The position numbers and the translations under genes were made by a program. From a bacterium (GTDB lineage Bacteria > Patescibacteriota > Minisyncoccia > Phycocordibacterales > UBA12088): a stretch of 64,000 bases of DNA. A model generated the notes under the pieces. It did no database searches. It had not been told where the DNA came from and worked only from the letters and a program-made list of their open reading frames with translations. The stretch lies in contig QKEV01000011.1 of assembly GCA_003252295.1 (NCBI GenBank), positions 7,127 to 71,126 on the forward strand, read 5' to 3'. This document shows positions 28,931 through 38,693 of this stretch, one piece after another; within the stretch, counting starts at the first letter, position 1, and each line of letters starts with the position of its first letter.

Positions 28931-30982
28931 TTACTTTCGCTTCTTTTTTTTAACACCACCTTCCAGTGCACGTATCTCATCACGTAAAAGTGCTGCTGTC
29001 TCAAAATCAAGACGTGCAACTGCCTCATTCATCTGTTTTGTTTTCTCAGCAACCACTTTCTTGGGATTCTTTTTATAACGCTTCTCATCCACTGCAACGA
29101 GAGTATGGATCGCCTTCTCATGATCACTTCGTAATTGTTCTGTTATATCCTTCACCGCTTTTTGTATGGTCTTTGGTGTGATCTTATGCTTCTTGTTGTA
29201 CGCTTCCTGCACTTCTCGACGTCGATTTGTCTCACTGATGGCTGCCTGCATGGACTTTGTCATGGTGTCTGCATACAGGAGCACTCTGCCGTTCACGTTT
29301 CTGGCAGCACGTCCTATGGTCTGAATGAGTGATGTTTCTGAACGCAGGAACCCTTCCTTGTCAGCATCGAGGATACCGATGAGTGATACCTCAGGGAGAT
29401 CGAGTCCCTCACGAAGCAAGTTAACCCCAACGAGCACGTCGAACTCTCCCTTGCGAAACTGTGAAAGTATTTCAATACGATCAATCGTCTTCACATCACT
29501 ATGTATGTACTGTGACCGCACCTTCTTCTCCTTGAGGTACTCAGTGAGATCTTCTGCCATCTTTTTTGTCAGCGTGGTTACGAGTGAACGTTCTCCATGT
29601 TTCGTGTTCGCCACCACCTCCTTGATAAAGTCCTCCACCTGACCAGCATAACCCTTGCCTGAAATCACAGGACGTTCAATAATTTCCGGATCCAAGAGTC
29701 CCGTTGGACGAATGATCTGTTCTACAATCTGACCAAATTGCACACTCTTCTCTTTTTCATACCTTGCCGGAGTTGCTGATGTATAGAGTACAGGACCAAC
29801 ACGTTCCTCGAACTCATTAAATTGCAACGGCCTATTATCAAGTGCTGAAGGAAGGCGAAAACCATGTTCTACAAGCGTTTCTTTTCTTGACCTATCACCA
29901 GCGTACATACCTGCTACCTGCGGTACGGTCACATGCGACTCATCAATGATGGTAAGGAAATCAGGTGTACCATCCGCTTTATGCGGGAAATATGAAAGCA
30001 GAGTGTGAGGAGGTTCTCCTGCCTTTCTACCGTCGAAGTGACGTGAGTAATTCTCAATGCCGTTGCAGTACCCTACCTCACGAATAAGTGCGAGGTCGTG
30101 TGTCGTTCTGCGTTTTATGCGCTCATGCTCAAGTACCTTCCCTCTCGCTTCAAGTTCTTGTAATCGCTTCTGCAATTCCTGCTCGATATCATGCACCGCT
30201 CGCTTACGCTCATCCTCTGAGGTAATGAAGTGCTTTGCTGGGAACACGTACAGTGCTGCATGCTCGTTTTTAATAATCCTTGAGATAGGATCAAGTTCTG
30301 CAACGGTGACGATCATATCCTCTGAAAATGACACACGAAAGATAACCCGTTCATTCGTTGGCATGATCTCAACCATGTTCCCCTTAGCGCGAAACAGTCC
30401 CGGCATGAGGTCTGCATTTGTTCGAGAGAAGTGTATACGCACCAACTCACGTATGAGCTCTGTGCGAGTGAGTGCTCCACCCACCTCAAGCCGCAAGTGC
30501 ACCTTCTCGTACTCCTCAGGACTTCCCAAACCATAGATACATGAGACAGACGCGACGACGATGGTATCACGCCTCGTGAGGAGTGCTTGTGTGGAGGCGT
30601 GCCGCAGGCGCTCTATTTCTTCATTTACCATCGCCTCCTTCTCTATGTAGGTATCAGAAACTGGCATGTACGCCTCAGGCTGGTAGAAGTCATAGTACGA
30701 AACGAAGTAGTGTACGGCATTTTCGGGGAAAAACTCTCGATACTCAGCAGCGAGCTGTGCAGCGAGCGTCTTGTTGTGTGCAATGACCAAGGTCGGTTTC
30801 TGTACGTGCTGTATCACATTTGCCATCGTGTAGGTCTTTCCTGTTCCCGTTGCACCAAAGAGTACTTGGTGCTGCATTCCCTCATCTAACCCTTTCGTAA
30901 GTGCACGAATAGCCGCAGGTTGGTCACCTGCTGGTTCAAACGGTTTATGTAGCTTGAATGCTTGTTCGTTTCCGTACTTCAT
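28931..30982 (-). CDS. uvrB: Excinuclease ABC subunit B
   Basis: GATGTGKT, YFVSYYDFYQPEAY, DESH, QTIGRAARN, C-terminal UVR. Confidence 0.98.
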   Translation of the reverse strand: MKYGNEQAFKLHKPFEPAGDQPAAIRALTKGLDEGMQHQVLFGATGTGKTYTMANVIQHVQKPTLVIAHNKTLAAQLAAEYREFFPENAVHYFVSYYDFYQPEAYMPVSDTYIEKEAMVNEEIERLRHASTQALLTRRDTIVVASVSCIYGLGSPEEYEKVHLRLEVGGALTRTELIRELVRIHFSRTNADLMPGLFRAKGNMVEIMPTNERVIFRVSFSEDMIVTVAELDPISRIIKNEHAALYVFPAKHFITSEDERKRAVHDIEQELQKRLQELEARGKVLEHERIKRRTTHDLALIREVGYCNGIENYSRHFDGRKAGEPPHTLLSYFPHKADGTPDFLTIIDESHVTVPQVAGMYAGDRSRKETLVEHGFRLPSALDNRPLQFNEFEERVGPVLYTSATPARYEKEKSVQFGQIVEQIIRPTGLLDPEIIERPVISGKGYAGQVEDFIKEVVANTKHGERSLVTTLTKKMAEDLTEYLKEKKVRSQYIHSDVKTIDRIEILSQFRKGEFDVLVGVNLLREGLDLPEVSLIGILDADKEGFLRSETSLIQTIGRAARNVNGRVLLYADTMTKSMQAAISETNRRREVQEAYNKKHKITPKTIQKAVKDITEQLRSDHEKAIHTLVAVDEKRYKKNPKKVVAEKTKQMNEAVARLDFETAALLRDEIRALEGGVKKKKRK

Positions 30983-31071
30983 GTAGGTATCACACAGTAT
31001 AGTACTTTTTAGATATGTTCAACATAAAAACAAGTAAGCTGCCCTAGTTAGGGCAGCTCGACACGTTAAAA

Positions 31072-31536
31072 CTATTTTCTTGCTGTTACATTTTTAACAT
31101 CATAGAAATTGACATATTCTCCACCTGGGTCAGTCGTCTCACATCCATGATAGTTCTGAAACACCATATCAGCCACCTTCATTTCAACAGTACATCCATC
31201 CTTCATGTGAAAGATAATGGTTTCTGCACCAGTTGTCACAAAGAAATTAACTTTGCTCACTAAAAAATTGCAGCAAAGTATGTCAGCATGCCAATCAAGG
31301 TAATTCCTTACCTCCTTCCCGCAGGTACCCTTCTCAAAGTGTGATGAGGAGATTTCTCGAAGTCTAGACTCGACACCCGTCACAACCTCCTCTGTGTCTG
31401 AAATTTTTGACCCTACTAACACAACACAGAGACGTTCAAGCAATAAACTGATTGTTTCTGATGTACCATTAAGTATTGCTGCGTTTTCTATCTCACGTAA
31501 AACATTTTCATACCACGGTTTTTGCTCTAACATCAT
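31072..31536 (-). CDS. Hypothetical protein (probable paralog of 31674-32123)
   Basis: GAGAGG SD; KPWYENVL...IIFHMKDG. Confidence 0.6.
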   Translation of the reverse strand: MMLEQKPWYENVLREIENAAILNGTSETISLLLERLCVVLVGSKISDTEEVVTGVESRLREISSSHFEKGTCGKEVRNYLDWHADILCCNFLVSKVNFFVTTGAETIIFHMKDGCTVEMKVADMVFQNYHGCETTDPGGEYVNFYDVKNVTARK

Positions 31537-31673
31537 TACACCTCTCTCTTGGTATTTATTAGCAATAGTGCACTCACGACATTCTGCACAATACGGTACA
31601 GTACTGTACAAAAAAGTAAACACAAAAGCTAAAGCCGAGGCAGGATTACCTCGGCTTGTAACAAAAATTTTTC

Positions 31674-32123
31674 TCACCCATGCCGTACTTCTTTTATACC
31701 GAGCAATTTTAACTTTATAGAAACTTGACTCAACAGCATGTTTCCACTAACTGAGTCACTTTCTAATTCCATACCTTTTGTATACAGCACCACAGCACCA
31801 CCTTCATTCATACAGAAAGAAATGCTCGACTTATCTTGATTCACAATATTACGAATCTCTTCCGCAATGAAATACTCATGCACATTGTTTGCTGCTTCAA
31901 GTAACGCATCACGTGCCGGCACATAGGTTACTTCTTCTGCAAAATGACGCAGTTGTGTACAAACCTCATTCACTTCAAACTTGTGCTGATACAAACTTTG
32001 CTTAAGTATTGATAGATACGTCTGAGGAAAATGAAGATGTTCAATGTTTTGCGTTGCATCACACTGATCTATGTATATCTTCAGTGTATCTAATACCACG
32101 AGGTACCATTTCTTCCTTTTCAT
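31674..32123 (-). CDS. Hypothetical protein
   Basis: GGGAGG SD; KKWYLVVL...ISFCMNEG; hairpin at 31634-31655 downstream. Confidence 0.65.
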   Translation of the reverse strand: MKRKKWYLVVLDTLKIYIDQCDATQNIEHLHFPQTYLSILKQSLYQHKFEVNEVCTQLRHFAEEVTYVPARDALLEAANNVHEYFIAEEIRNIVNQDKSSISFCMNEGGAVVLYTKGMELESDSVSGNMLLSQVSIKLKLLGIKEVRHG

Positions 32124-32231
32124 GAACTACCTCCCTCTAATTTGAATAGATGTTAGTATTTCTCACCAACCTAACGTAAACATACACCACAAGTTGAAAA
32201 CAGCAAGATACACATCTTGCTGTTACTTTTT

Positions 32232-33410
32232 TTATGAATGCAAAATAGCTTCTCGTTCTTTACGAACGGTTTCAATAAGGAAGTGTAGGTTGTGCATACT
32301 TGCGAGTACCGCTCCAAGCATCTCATGAGCACGGAAGAGATGTGCGAGGTACGCACGTGTGTAGTTCTGACAAACATCGCAGGTACATGTTGCATCGATT
32401 GGAGTGAAGTCCTCAATGTACTGGTTGTTGCGTAAGCCAAGCTTCACACCATTTGGACCATATACGGTACCGGTACGAGCAAGTCGTGTTGGTTGTACAC
32501 AATCAAAAAGATCCACACCTTTCGCAACTCCGGCAACCATATCTTCCGGTTCACCAATACCTAAGAGGTGACGTGGCTTTTCTTCAGGTAATTCATCGGT
32601 TACCCATCCAACAGCAGTATCGAGATCCACTTTGTGATAGCTACCACCGATACCGTATCCATCAAAATCCATAGCACCAAGCACCCGAGCACTCTCCCTT
32701 CTCAGATCCTCAAACCGTCCTCCTTGCACGACACCAAAAATACCCTGTTTCTTCTGTGCTGCAATGTTTTGTCTATGAGCAGAAAGAGAACGACGTGCCC
32801 ATGCATGCGTTCGCTCCATCGCTTCTCTCTGGTAGTCATAGTTTGCTTCCGCACCAGTACACTCATCAAACGCAAAAAATATATCAGCACCAAGCTGATG
32901 CTGTATCTCAACACTGCGTTCCGGAGTAAACCTGTGTAATGTACCATCAATGTGACTCGTAAAACTCACACCTTCGTCGTCGATTTGTGCAAGCTTACCG
33001 TGCTGACTCGCCACGTCCGGATCATACACCGTTGCAGTATACTCCTCCGCATCGAGTTCTTCTCTGGTTACCTTTGAAATAGTTTTGTTGAAACCAGCAC
33101 CCAACGAAAACACTTGAAATCCTCCCGAGTCGGTGAGCATTGGACCATCCCAATTCATGAACGCATGCAGTCCTCCTGCTTTCTCCACAAGTTCACTTCC
33201 TGGTTGTAGATGTAAATGGTACGTGTTTGCAATGAGTGTCTGCAAACCTATTTGTTTCAAGTCTTCTACAGTAAGACCTTTAACTGTTGCCTTGGTACCT
33301 ACTGCAACAAATGCTGGTGTCTCTATATCACCATGCGGCGTATGAAGTACACCAGCACGCGCCTTGCTTCCCTTTTTCTTTTTTTGTATCTCGAGAGAGA
33401 TGGCTCCCAT
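32232..33410 (-). CDS. tgt: tRNA-guanine transglycosylase
   Basis: TDSGGFQVFSL, DEC, VQGG, HLLGIG, FDCV, CxCxxC...HNL zinc site. Confidence 0.97.
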   Translation of the reverse strand: MGAISLEIQKKKKGSKARAGVLHTPHGDIETPAFVAVGTKATVKGLTVEDLKQIGLQTLIANTYHLHLQPGSELVEKAGGLHAFMNWDGPMLTDSGGFQVFSLGAGFNKTISKVTREELDAEEYTATVYDPDVASQHGKLAQIDDEGVSFTSHIDGTLHRFTPERSVEIQHQLGADIFFAFDECTGAEANYDYQREAMERTHAWARRSLSAHRQNIAAQKKQGIFGVVQGGRFEDLRRESARVLGAMDFDGYGIGGSYHKVDLDTAVGWVTDELPEEKPRHLLGIGEPEDMVAGVAKGVDLFDCVQPTRLARTGTVYGPNGVKLGLRNNQYIEDFTPIDATCTCDVCQNYTRAYLAHLFRAHEMLGAVLASMHNLHFLIETVRKEREAILHS

Positions 33411-33413
33411 ACC

Positions 33414-33989
33414 TTACTCCACTGGTTCTAGTTCAACTTCGTCCTGCAAACTATCACCAGTGTCCTCCTTTTTTGTTACGTCAGAAATAACAACAGCACC
33501 ATTATCTAGTGGCGTGTCTTCACCATTTATGGTAATACCATCGATAGTTGCATTCACTTCATTATCAGCAGTTATGTCTTCAAGTACAACTCCTGGAAAC
33601 TCACACTGAGCTCTCTGAGCTAGTTGTTGTAATGGTACTTCACCCATAATGATGCCTCCATCAGCAAACTCCCATGTTGGGTAACTTGTGATACCAGCAT
33701 CCGCACACACCTGTACCTGATTTTTACCGTCTGGTGTTGAACATTCAACATACGGCATGAGACTTTGTGCTTCACCAAACGCACGTTTCTGTGCTTGGCA
33801 ATGTGTACACCAGAACGCTCCATACATTTTTACTCCAGTATCTGCAAGACAGGTTGCAAGTGATGCAAGATCAGACTCAGAATACTCTGTTGCTTGTGAC
33901 CCTTCCTCTTCATAGTGAGTAAGTATGATCATTGCTCCTACTACTACTAAAGCCACCAAGGTTGTAATGATGATTACTTTTTTTTCCAT
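33414..33989 (-). CDS. Membrane-anchored thioredoxin-like protein
   Basis: MYGAFWCTHC, YVEC, ITSYPTW. Confidence 0.85.
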   Translation of the reverse strand: MEKKVIIITTLVALVVVGAMIILTHYEEEGSQATEYSESDLASLATCLADTGVKMYGAFWCTHCQAQKRAFGEAQSLMPYVECSTPDGKNQVQVCADAGITSYPTWEFADGGIIMGEVPLQQLAQRAQCEFPGVVLEDITADNEVNATIDGITINGEDTPLDNGAVVISDVTKKEDTGDSLQDEVELEPVE

Positions 33990-34018
33990 ACTCCTTAATT
34001 TAATATATTACGTAGTTA

Positions 34019-34627
34019 CTACTTTGTAGTTGTACCATTATACTTGTCCATTGCAGAAACTCTACCTTCACAAAGGAGACATTCCAATGCATCCCCAGCC
34101 ATTGTGATAACTGGTGCAAACTTTTCACTGTCATGCTTACTCATCTTCTTTAAAATAAAATTATGAACGCGTTCCTTACCTTGCGGCTTTTTAAATGATC
34201 CCCAAAGAGTCTTTGGAATCACACCAACACGCAAGCGCACAAATGCCTTCGTTCTTATGGCACGTTCAATTGATGCAACTCCGTTATGCCCTCCCGCTCC
34301 ACGGTCATACGTAAAACGAAGAGTACCAAAGTTAAGATCAATATCATCATGTACCACTATGAGATGTTCAGCTTCCGCCTCATTACCAATAAGTGGAGCA
34401 ACTGCCCCTCCAGAATTATTCATATAGGTATCTGGCAACACGAGCACAACCTCAACACCTGAAGGTGTAACCCCTTCAGAGATTTTCGCGTGCAACTTTT
34501 TATCATCACGCCACCCACTTGTCAGCCATCGTTCTTGCAGTGCAGCAACTACCGCACGTCCAACATTATGTCGTGTCTCTTCATACTCACTTCCTGGATT
34601 TCCAAGTCCAACTAGCACATACCTCAT
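34019..34627 (-). CDS. pth: Peptidyl-tRNA hydrolase
   Basis: VGLGNPG, TRHNVG, TYMNNSG, HDDID, GGHNG. Confidence 0.97.
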   Translation of the reverse strand: MRYVLVGLGNPGSEYEETRHNVGRAVVAALQERWLTSGWRDDKKLHAKISEGVTPSGVEVVLVLPDTYMNNSGGAVAPLIGNEAEAEHLIVVHDDIDLNFGTLRFTYDRGAGGHNGVASIERAIRTKAFVRLRVGVIPKTLWGSFKKPQGKERVHNFILKKMSKHDSEKFAPVITMAGDALECLLCEGRVSAMDKYNGTTTK

Positions 34628-34744
34628 GCATACATTATAAGTAATATGAAAGAAAAAGTTATTTACTTATGCAGATATGTGTTTCGCTTTTTTAGTTTTT
34701 TGATTGTTTGTAAAAAAATTTGTTATACTACACGTACTTGCACT

Positions 34745-35416
34745 ATGGACCCCCTGACTATTGAACCAAGAAATACTTCAAACACTACCGACATGCATAC
34801 AGAGCATACTGATGGTGGTAGTACTGAAAAAGATTCTGATAAAAAAGAATCGAGTTTTATTGGGGAGGTGTTCAAGTTTGCAGTACTCGCACTCATTATT
34901 GTCATCCCTTTCCGACTCTTCATTGCACAACCATTTATTGTAAGTGGTGCTTCTATGGAACCAACATTTGCAACAGGTGAGTACCTTATTGTTGATCAGA
35001 TAACGTACCGACTTGAAGAACCAAAACGTGGCGATATAGTTATTTTCCGTTACCCAAATGATCCATCAAAGTTTTTCATTAAGCGTATCATCGGTCTACC
35101 GGGAGAAGTGGTACAGCTCGCAAATGGCACAACGACTATTATTGATCCAGCAACACAAGAGGAAACTACTCTTGATGAAGAATACTTAGTGAAAGACAAA
35201 ACTGATGATCATCTCACTATCACCCTCTCCTCTGATGAGTACTTCGTTATGGGTGATAACCGAAGTGCTAGTTCAGATTCAAGGAAATGGGGCCCAGTAC
35301 AGAGAGACAAGATCGTAGGACGGGCTCTGATACGACTTCTTCCTGTTAATACCTTTGATGTATTTCCTGGCGCATACAACTTTAGCGCCACAGAAACAGA
35401 CAACACTAATGTGTAA
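34745..35416 (+). CDS. lepB: Signal peptidase I
   Basis: SGASMEPT, FIKRIIGLPG, MGDNRSASSDSR. Confidence 0.96.
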   Translation: MDPLTIEPRNTSNTTDMHTEHTDGGSTEKDSDKKESSFIGEVFKFAVLALIIVIPFRLFIAQPFIVSGASMEPTFATGEYLIVDQITYRLEEPKRGDIVIFRYPNDPSKFFIKRIIGLPGEVVQLANGTTTIIDPATQEETTLDEEYLVKDKTDDHLTITLSSDEYFVMGDNRSASSDSRKWGPVQRDKIVGRALIRLLPVNTFDVFPGAYNFSATETDNTNV

Positions 35417-35431
35417 CTTTGTTGTGCAAGT

Positions 35432-36616
35432 ATGAAAACACTTCCATTTACCACTGAGTCTTTTTTCAAAAGAGCGATATGTATAGCTGAACACTACGGA
35501 TTTTCTAATATCGATGATTTACGCAAAGAAGCAAACGCAAAAGGAACCAGTCTACTTGGCTTGCAGCAACACAAAAGTGAGAAAGAGTCATTTGAGCATC
35601 ATGTACTTGAAGATACACTCAAAAAGTATACAGAAATGGTTGAGAAACAGAACAGAAAACCACTTATGTTTTACACACCATCTGTGGTATCACCTTCAGG
35701 TACACCAAGTGCAAAAATAAATGCACTTACATTAAACACCGTTGGTACCAACGACCCTCTTGCTGAAGTAGTGCTTCTCAAGAGCACTATTTCTATCCTG
35801 CAAGACCTTGGTATTAAAAATCTCCGTCTTCGTATTAACAGTATAGGTGATAAAGATTCCTCTGTACGTTTTCTTCGTGAAGCTTCATCATTTATTAGGA
35901 ACAAAATGGATGACCTTCCTGTTGAACTAAAAAATAGCATACGGACTAATCCTGGCTCCATGCTTGCAAAACTTTACCTGGAAAAACATCCTATTGTAGA
36001 CAAACTTCCAAGTCCTATTGAGTATCTCACAACACCAAGCAGAAAATACTTTAAAGAAGTGCTTGAGCTGCTGGAACATGCAGAAATACCATTCGAACTT
36101 GCTGACAAGCTCTATGCAGATCCAAGTGTATACTCACACACTATTTTTGAAGTAGTAGAACATACTGATGATTCATCTGAGGATACTGATGAACATATAG
36201 TACTTGCACGTGGTGGACGTTATGATGAACTTACGCGACCGTTTGTTCGTGGCACACTTCCATCAACTGGTATAGTTATTGCAGTAAGAACAAAGGATAA
36301 ATGTTCAAAGGTGGGACGACCTCGTAGGAGAAAACCTAATGCCTGCCTCGTACATATTGGGCGTGAAGCGCGCCTACGCAGTATCGATATTATTGAAACA
36401 TTACGTGAGCAGAAAATACCAATTGAAAGTTGTCGTTACTTTGAACGATTCTCTGATCAAATGGCATATGCAAAACGTAAGAAAACACGTTTTATCATTA
36501 TCATCGGACAACAGGAAGCAAGAGATGGTGTCGCTCTCATGAGGAACACTGACAATCACTCACAGCAAACTGTACCAATCGATATGCTGCCTGAGATACT
36601 CAAAGCGAAGTCATAG
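35432..36616 (+). CDS. Degenerate histidyl-tRNA synthetase-like paralog
   Basis: INSIGD, YSHTIFE, ARGGRYDEL and an anticodon-binding-like C-terminus; motif 2 not recognisable. Confidence 0.7.
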   Translation: MKTLPFTTESFFKRAICIAEHYGFSNIDDLRKEANAKGTSLLGLQQHKSEKESFEHHVLEDTLKKYTEMVEKQNRKPLMFYTPSVVSPSGTPSAKINALTLNTVGTNDPLAEVVLLKSTISILQDLGIKNLRLRINSIGDKDSSVRFLREASSFIRNKMDDLPVELKNSIRTNPGSMLAKLYLEKHPIVDKLPSPIEYLTTPSRKYFKEVLELLEHAEIPFELADKLYADPSVYSHTIFEVVEHTDDSSEDTDEHIVLARGGRYDELTRPFVRGTLPSTGIVIAVRTKDKCSKVGRPRRRKPNACLVHIGREARLRSIDIIETLREQKIPIESCRYFERFSDQMAYAKRKKTRFIIIIGQQEARDGVALMRNTDNHSQQTVPIDMLPEILKAKS

Positions 36617-36667
36617 GACAAGCTGTATACTTGCTCACTATTAGTGCGTGTGGTACGATATCCCGCA

Positions 36668-36907
36668 ATGATTAATGTTGAAGTACAAAGACACGGAAAT
36701 GAAAACGTTGGCGGTTTAATGCGTCGTTTTTCACGTAAGATGCAGAGCAGTGGCGTTATCCGTCGTGTTCGAGGTTTGCGATACCATAAGCGAAACACCT
36801 CTAACGCAAAACAAAAGAAAGAGGCACTTATTCGCATTGAACGAACTGAGAAGTTTTTGAAAATGCATAAAGAGGGTCGTAAAATGCCTTCAAAGGGCCG
36901 TCGTTAA
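36668..36907 (+). CDS. rpsU: 30S ribosomal protein S21-like
   Basis: VEVQRHGNENVGGLMRRFSRKMQSSG; basic; lies before ybeY. Confidence 0.7.
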   Translation: MINVEVQRHGNENVGGLMRRFSRKMQSSGVIRRVRGLRYHKRNTSNAKQKKEALIRIERTEKFLKMHKEGRKMPSKGRR

Positions 36908-36908
36908 A

Positions 36909-37292
36909 ATGGAAACTACCGTATCAAAAACGATACGAACTACGTGGAACACCTCAGGATACTCTGAAATAGTCCGAGGTGTTTTAGGTTTGGACTACTC
37001 ACTCTCTGTTGTGCTTATTGGAGACAAACGTTCAAAAATTCTTAATAAACAGTTCAGAAACAAAGATAAAGTGGCAAATGTACTTACTTTTCCACTTAGT
37101 AAAACTGCTGGGGAAATATACATAAACATACCAAAAGTAAAACGAGACGCCCATTTATTTGGTCTATCCACAAAAAACTATGCAAAATTTTTGCTTATCC
37201 ACGGTTGTTTGCATTTGAAAGGGTATACCCACGGTAGTACAATGGAAAAAGCGGAAGACACCCTACTTTCAAAGTACACTACCCTCCGCTGA
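36909..37292 (+). CDS. ybeY: rRNA maturation RNase YbeY
   Basis: LNKQFRNKD..ANVLTF, HGCLHLKGYTH. Confidence 0.92.
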   Translation: METTVSKTIRTTWNTSGYSEIVRGVLGLDYSLSVVLIGDKRSKILNKQFRNKDKVANVLTFPLSKTAGEIYINIPKVKRDAHLFGLSTKNYAKFLLIHGCLHLKGYTHGSTMEKAEDTLLSKYTTLR

Positions 37293-37304
37293 ATCAGCCC
37301 CTTC

Positions 37305-37410
37305 TAGAGTTTAGAGTTTTTAGGTAGGAGTTTAGAAAACACCCCTGTGTTTTGATATGCAAAATACAGAGAAATCAAAACTCAAAAACTCTACACTCAA
37401 AACTCATAAT
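37305..37410. repeat. 7-nt-periodic imperfect inverted repeat in the ybeY-ftsA spacer
   Basis: Left tagagtt-tagagtt-...-aggagtt; right caaaact-caaaaact-ctacact-caaaact. Confidence 0.65.
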
Positions 37411-37414
37411 ATAC

Positions 37415-38575
37415 ATGGCAAGAAAAATAGCAGTTGGAATAGATGTCGGTACATACCAAATAAAGGTGGTTATTGCTGAACAGGATTCAAGAGAACAGCG
37501 TATAAAGATACTTGGTACTGGCTTTGCGCAATCACGAGGTATTCGACATGGTTACGTAGTAAACCGTCAAGATATCAGTAAAATGTTGCAGCAAGCTGTT
37601 CATCAAGCTGAGAAAGCATCTGGTATTGCAATACGTCGAGCATACCTTTCTATTGGGGGTGTTGGACTTGAGGAGTTTCGTTCACGTGCTGAAGTGCTCG
37701 TATCACGTGCCGACAGTGAAGTAACCGAGCTTGATCTTCGAAATGTTATTGAGGAAAGTGAAAGGAAAATAAGTTCACGCCTCATCAACAGAAAGATTAT
37801 TCATCCGATCCCCCTCACCTACCGTCTTGATGGCGAACGACTCATGGGTTCCCCTTTGGGAATGAAAGGAACAAAATTGGAAATTGACTCTCTCTTTATT
37901 ACCGCTCTTGAGCAACACTTGAATGATCTAATAGCCGCCGTCGAAGAAGTAGGTATTTCTGTTGTTGATGTTATGGCAAGTCCACTTGCAGGCAGTTTTG
38001 TAACACTAACAAAAGCGCAGAAAATTGCTGGTGTCATACTTGCAAACATCGGTGCAGAAACTGTATCAATCGCTGTGTTTGAAAATGAAATACCGATCTC
38101 AGTAAAAGTGTTCCCTATGGGCTCAACTGACATAACACATGATATTGCACTTGGTCTCAAGATTTCCATAGATGACGCAGAGCAAGCAAAGATGGGTGCA
38201 CTTGTAAACTCTTCTGCATCAAAGAAGCAGCTTGATACCATTATCACACGAAGGCTGTCAGACATTTTTGCACTCATTGACGCTCATTTAAAACGTCTTG
38301 GCAAAAATGGTCTGCTTCCTGCTGGTGTAGTTATTTCAGGTGGAGGTTCTGGTATTACTACCATTGAAGATATTGCGAAAGCAGTTTTAAAAATTCCTTC
38401 AAAGAAAGCGGCTTTTTCTATCAACACAAAATCAAAAGTGAGAAATAGTACTTGGGCAGTAGCATATGGCCTCTGTATTTGGGGACTCAGTAACGATGCT
38501 GAGTCAAGTAGCCTGTCCTCCATAAAAGAAAGTGCGAGTGGAATTTTTGGTTGGCTTAAACAGTTCCTTCCATAG
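37415..38575 (+). CDS. ftsA: Cell division protein FtsA
   Basis: GIDVGTYQIK, GIRHG, NIGAETV, SGGGS; precedes ftsZ. Confidence 0.93.
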   Translation: MARKIAVGIDVGTYQIKVVIAEQDSREQRIKILGTGFAQSRGIRHGYVVNRQDISKMLQQAVHQAEKASGIAIRRAYLSIGGVGLEEFRSRAEVLVSRADSEVTELDLRNVIEESERKISSRLINRKIIHPIPLTYRLDGERLMGSPLGMKGTKLEIDSLFITALEQHLNDLIAAVEEVGISVVDVMASPLAGSFVTLTKAQKIAGVILANIGAETVSIAVFENEIPISVKVFPMGSTDITHDIALGLKISIDDAEQAKMGALVNSSASKKQLDTIITRRLSDIFALIDAHLKRLGKNGLLPAGVVISGGGSGITTIEDIAKAVLKIPSKKAAFSINTKSKVRNSTWAVAYGLCIWGLSNDAESSSLSSIKESASGIFGWLKQFLP

Positions 38576-38693
38576 CCCTTTGTTTACGACATATTTTTAA
38601 TACATTTACATAAATACAAATGGGTTTGCGTGTCAATCTCTCTTTTGATTTGCGTCTGTTATGATGACCCTACATAATCATTACGCTAAAAAT

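Noticed and set aside
14335-37292. Alternative genetic code (stop-codon reassignment)
   Set aside because: Conserved genes end normally at TAG (dnaJ, ftsA, ftsZ) and TGA (ybeY), so the rSAM TAG is a local anomaly.
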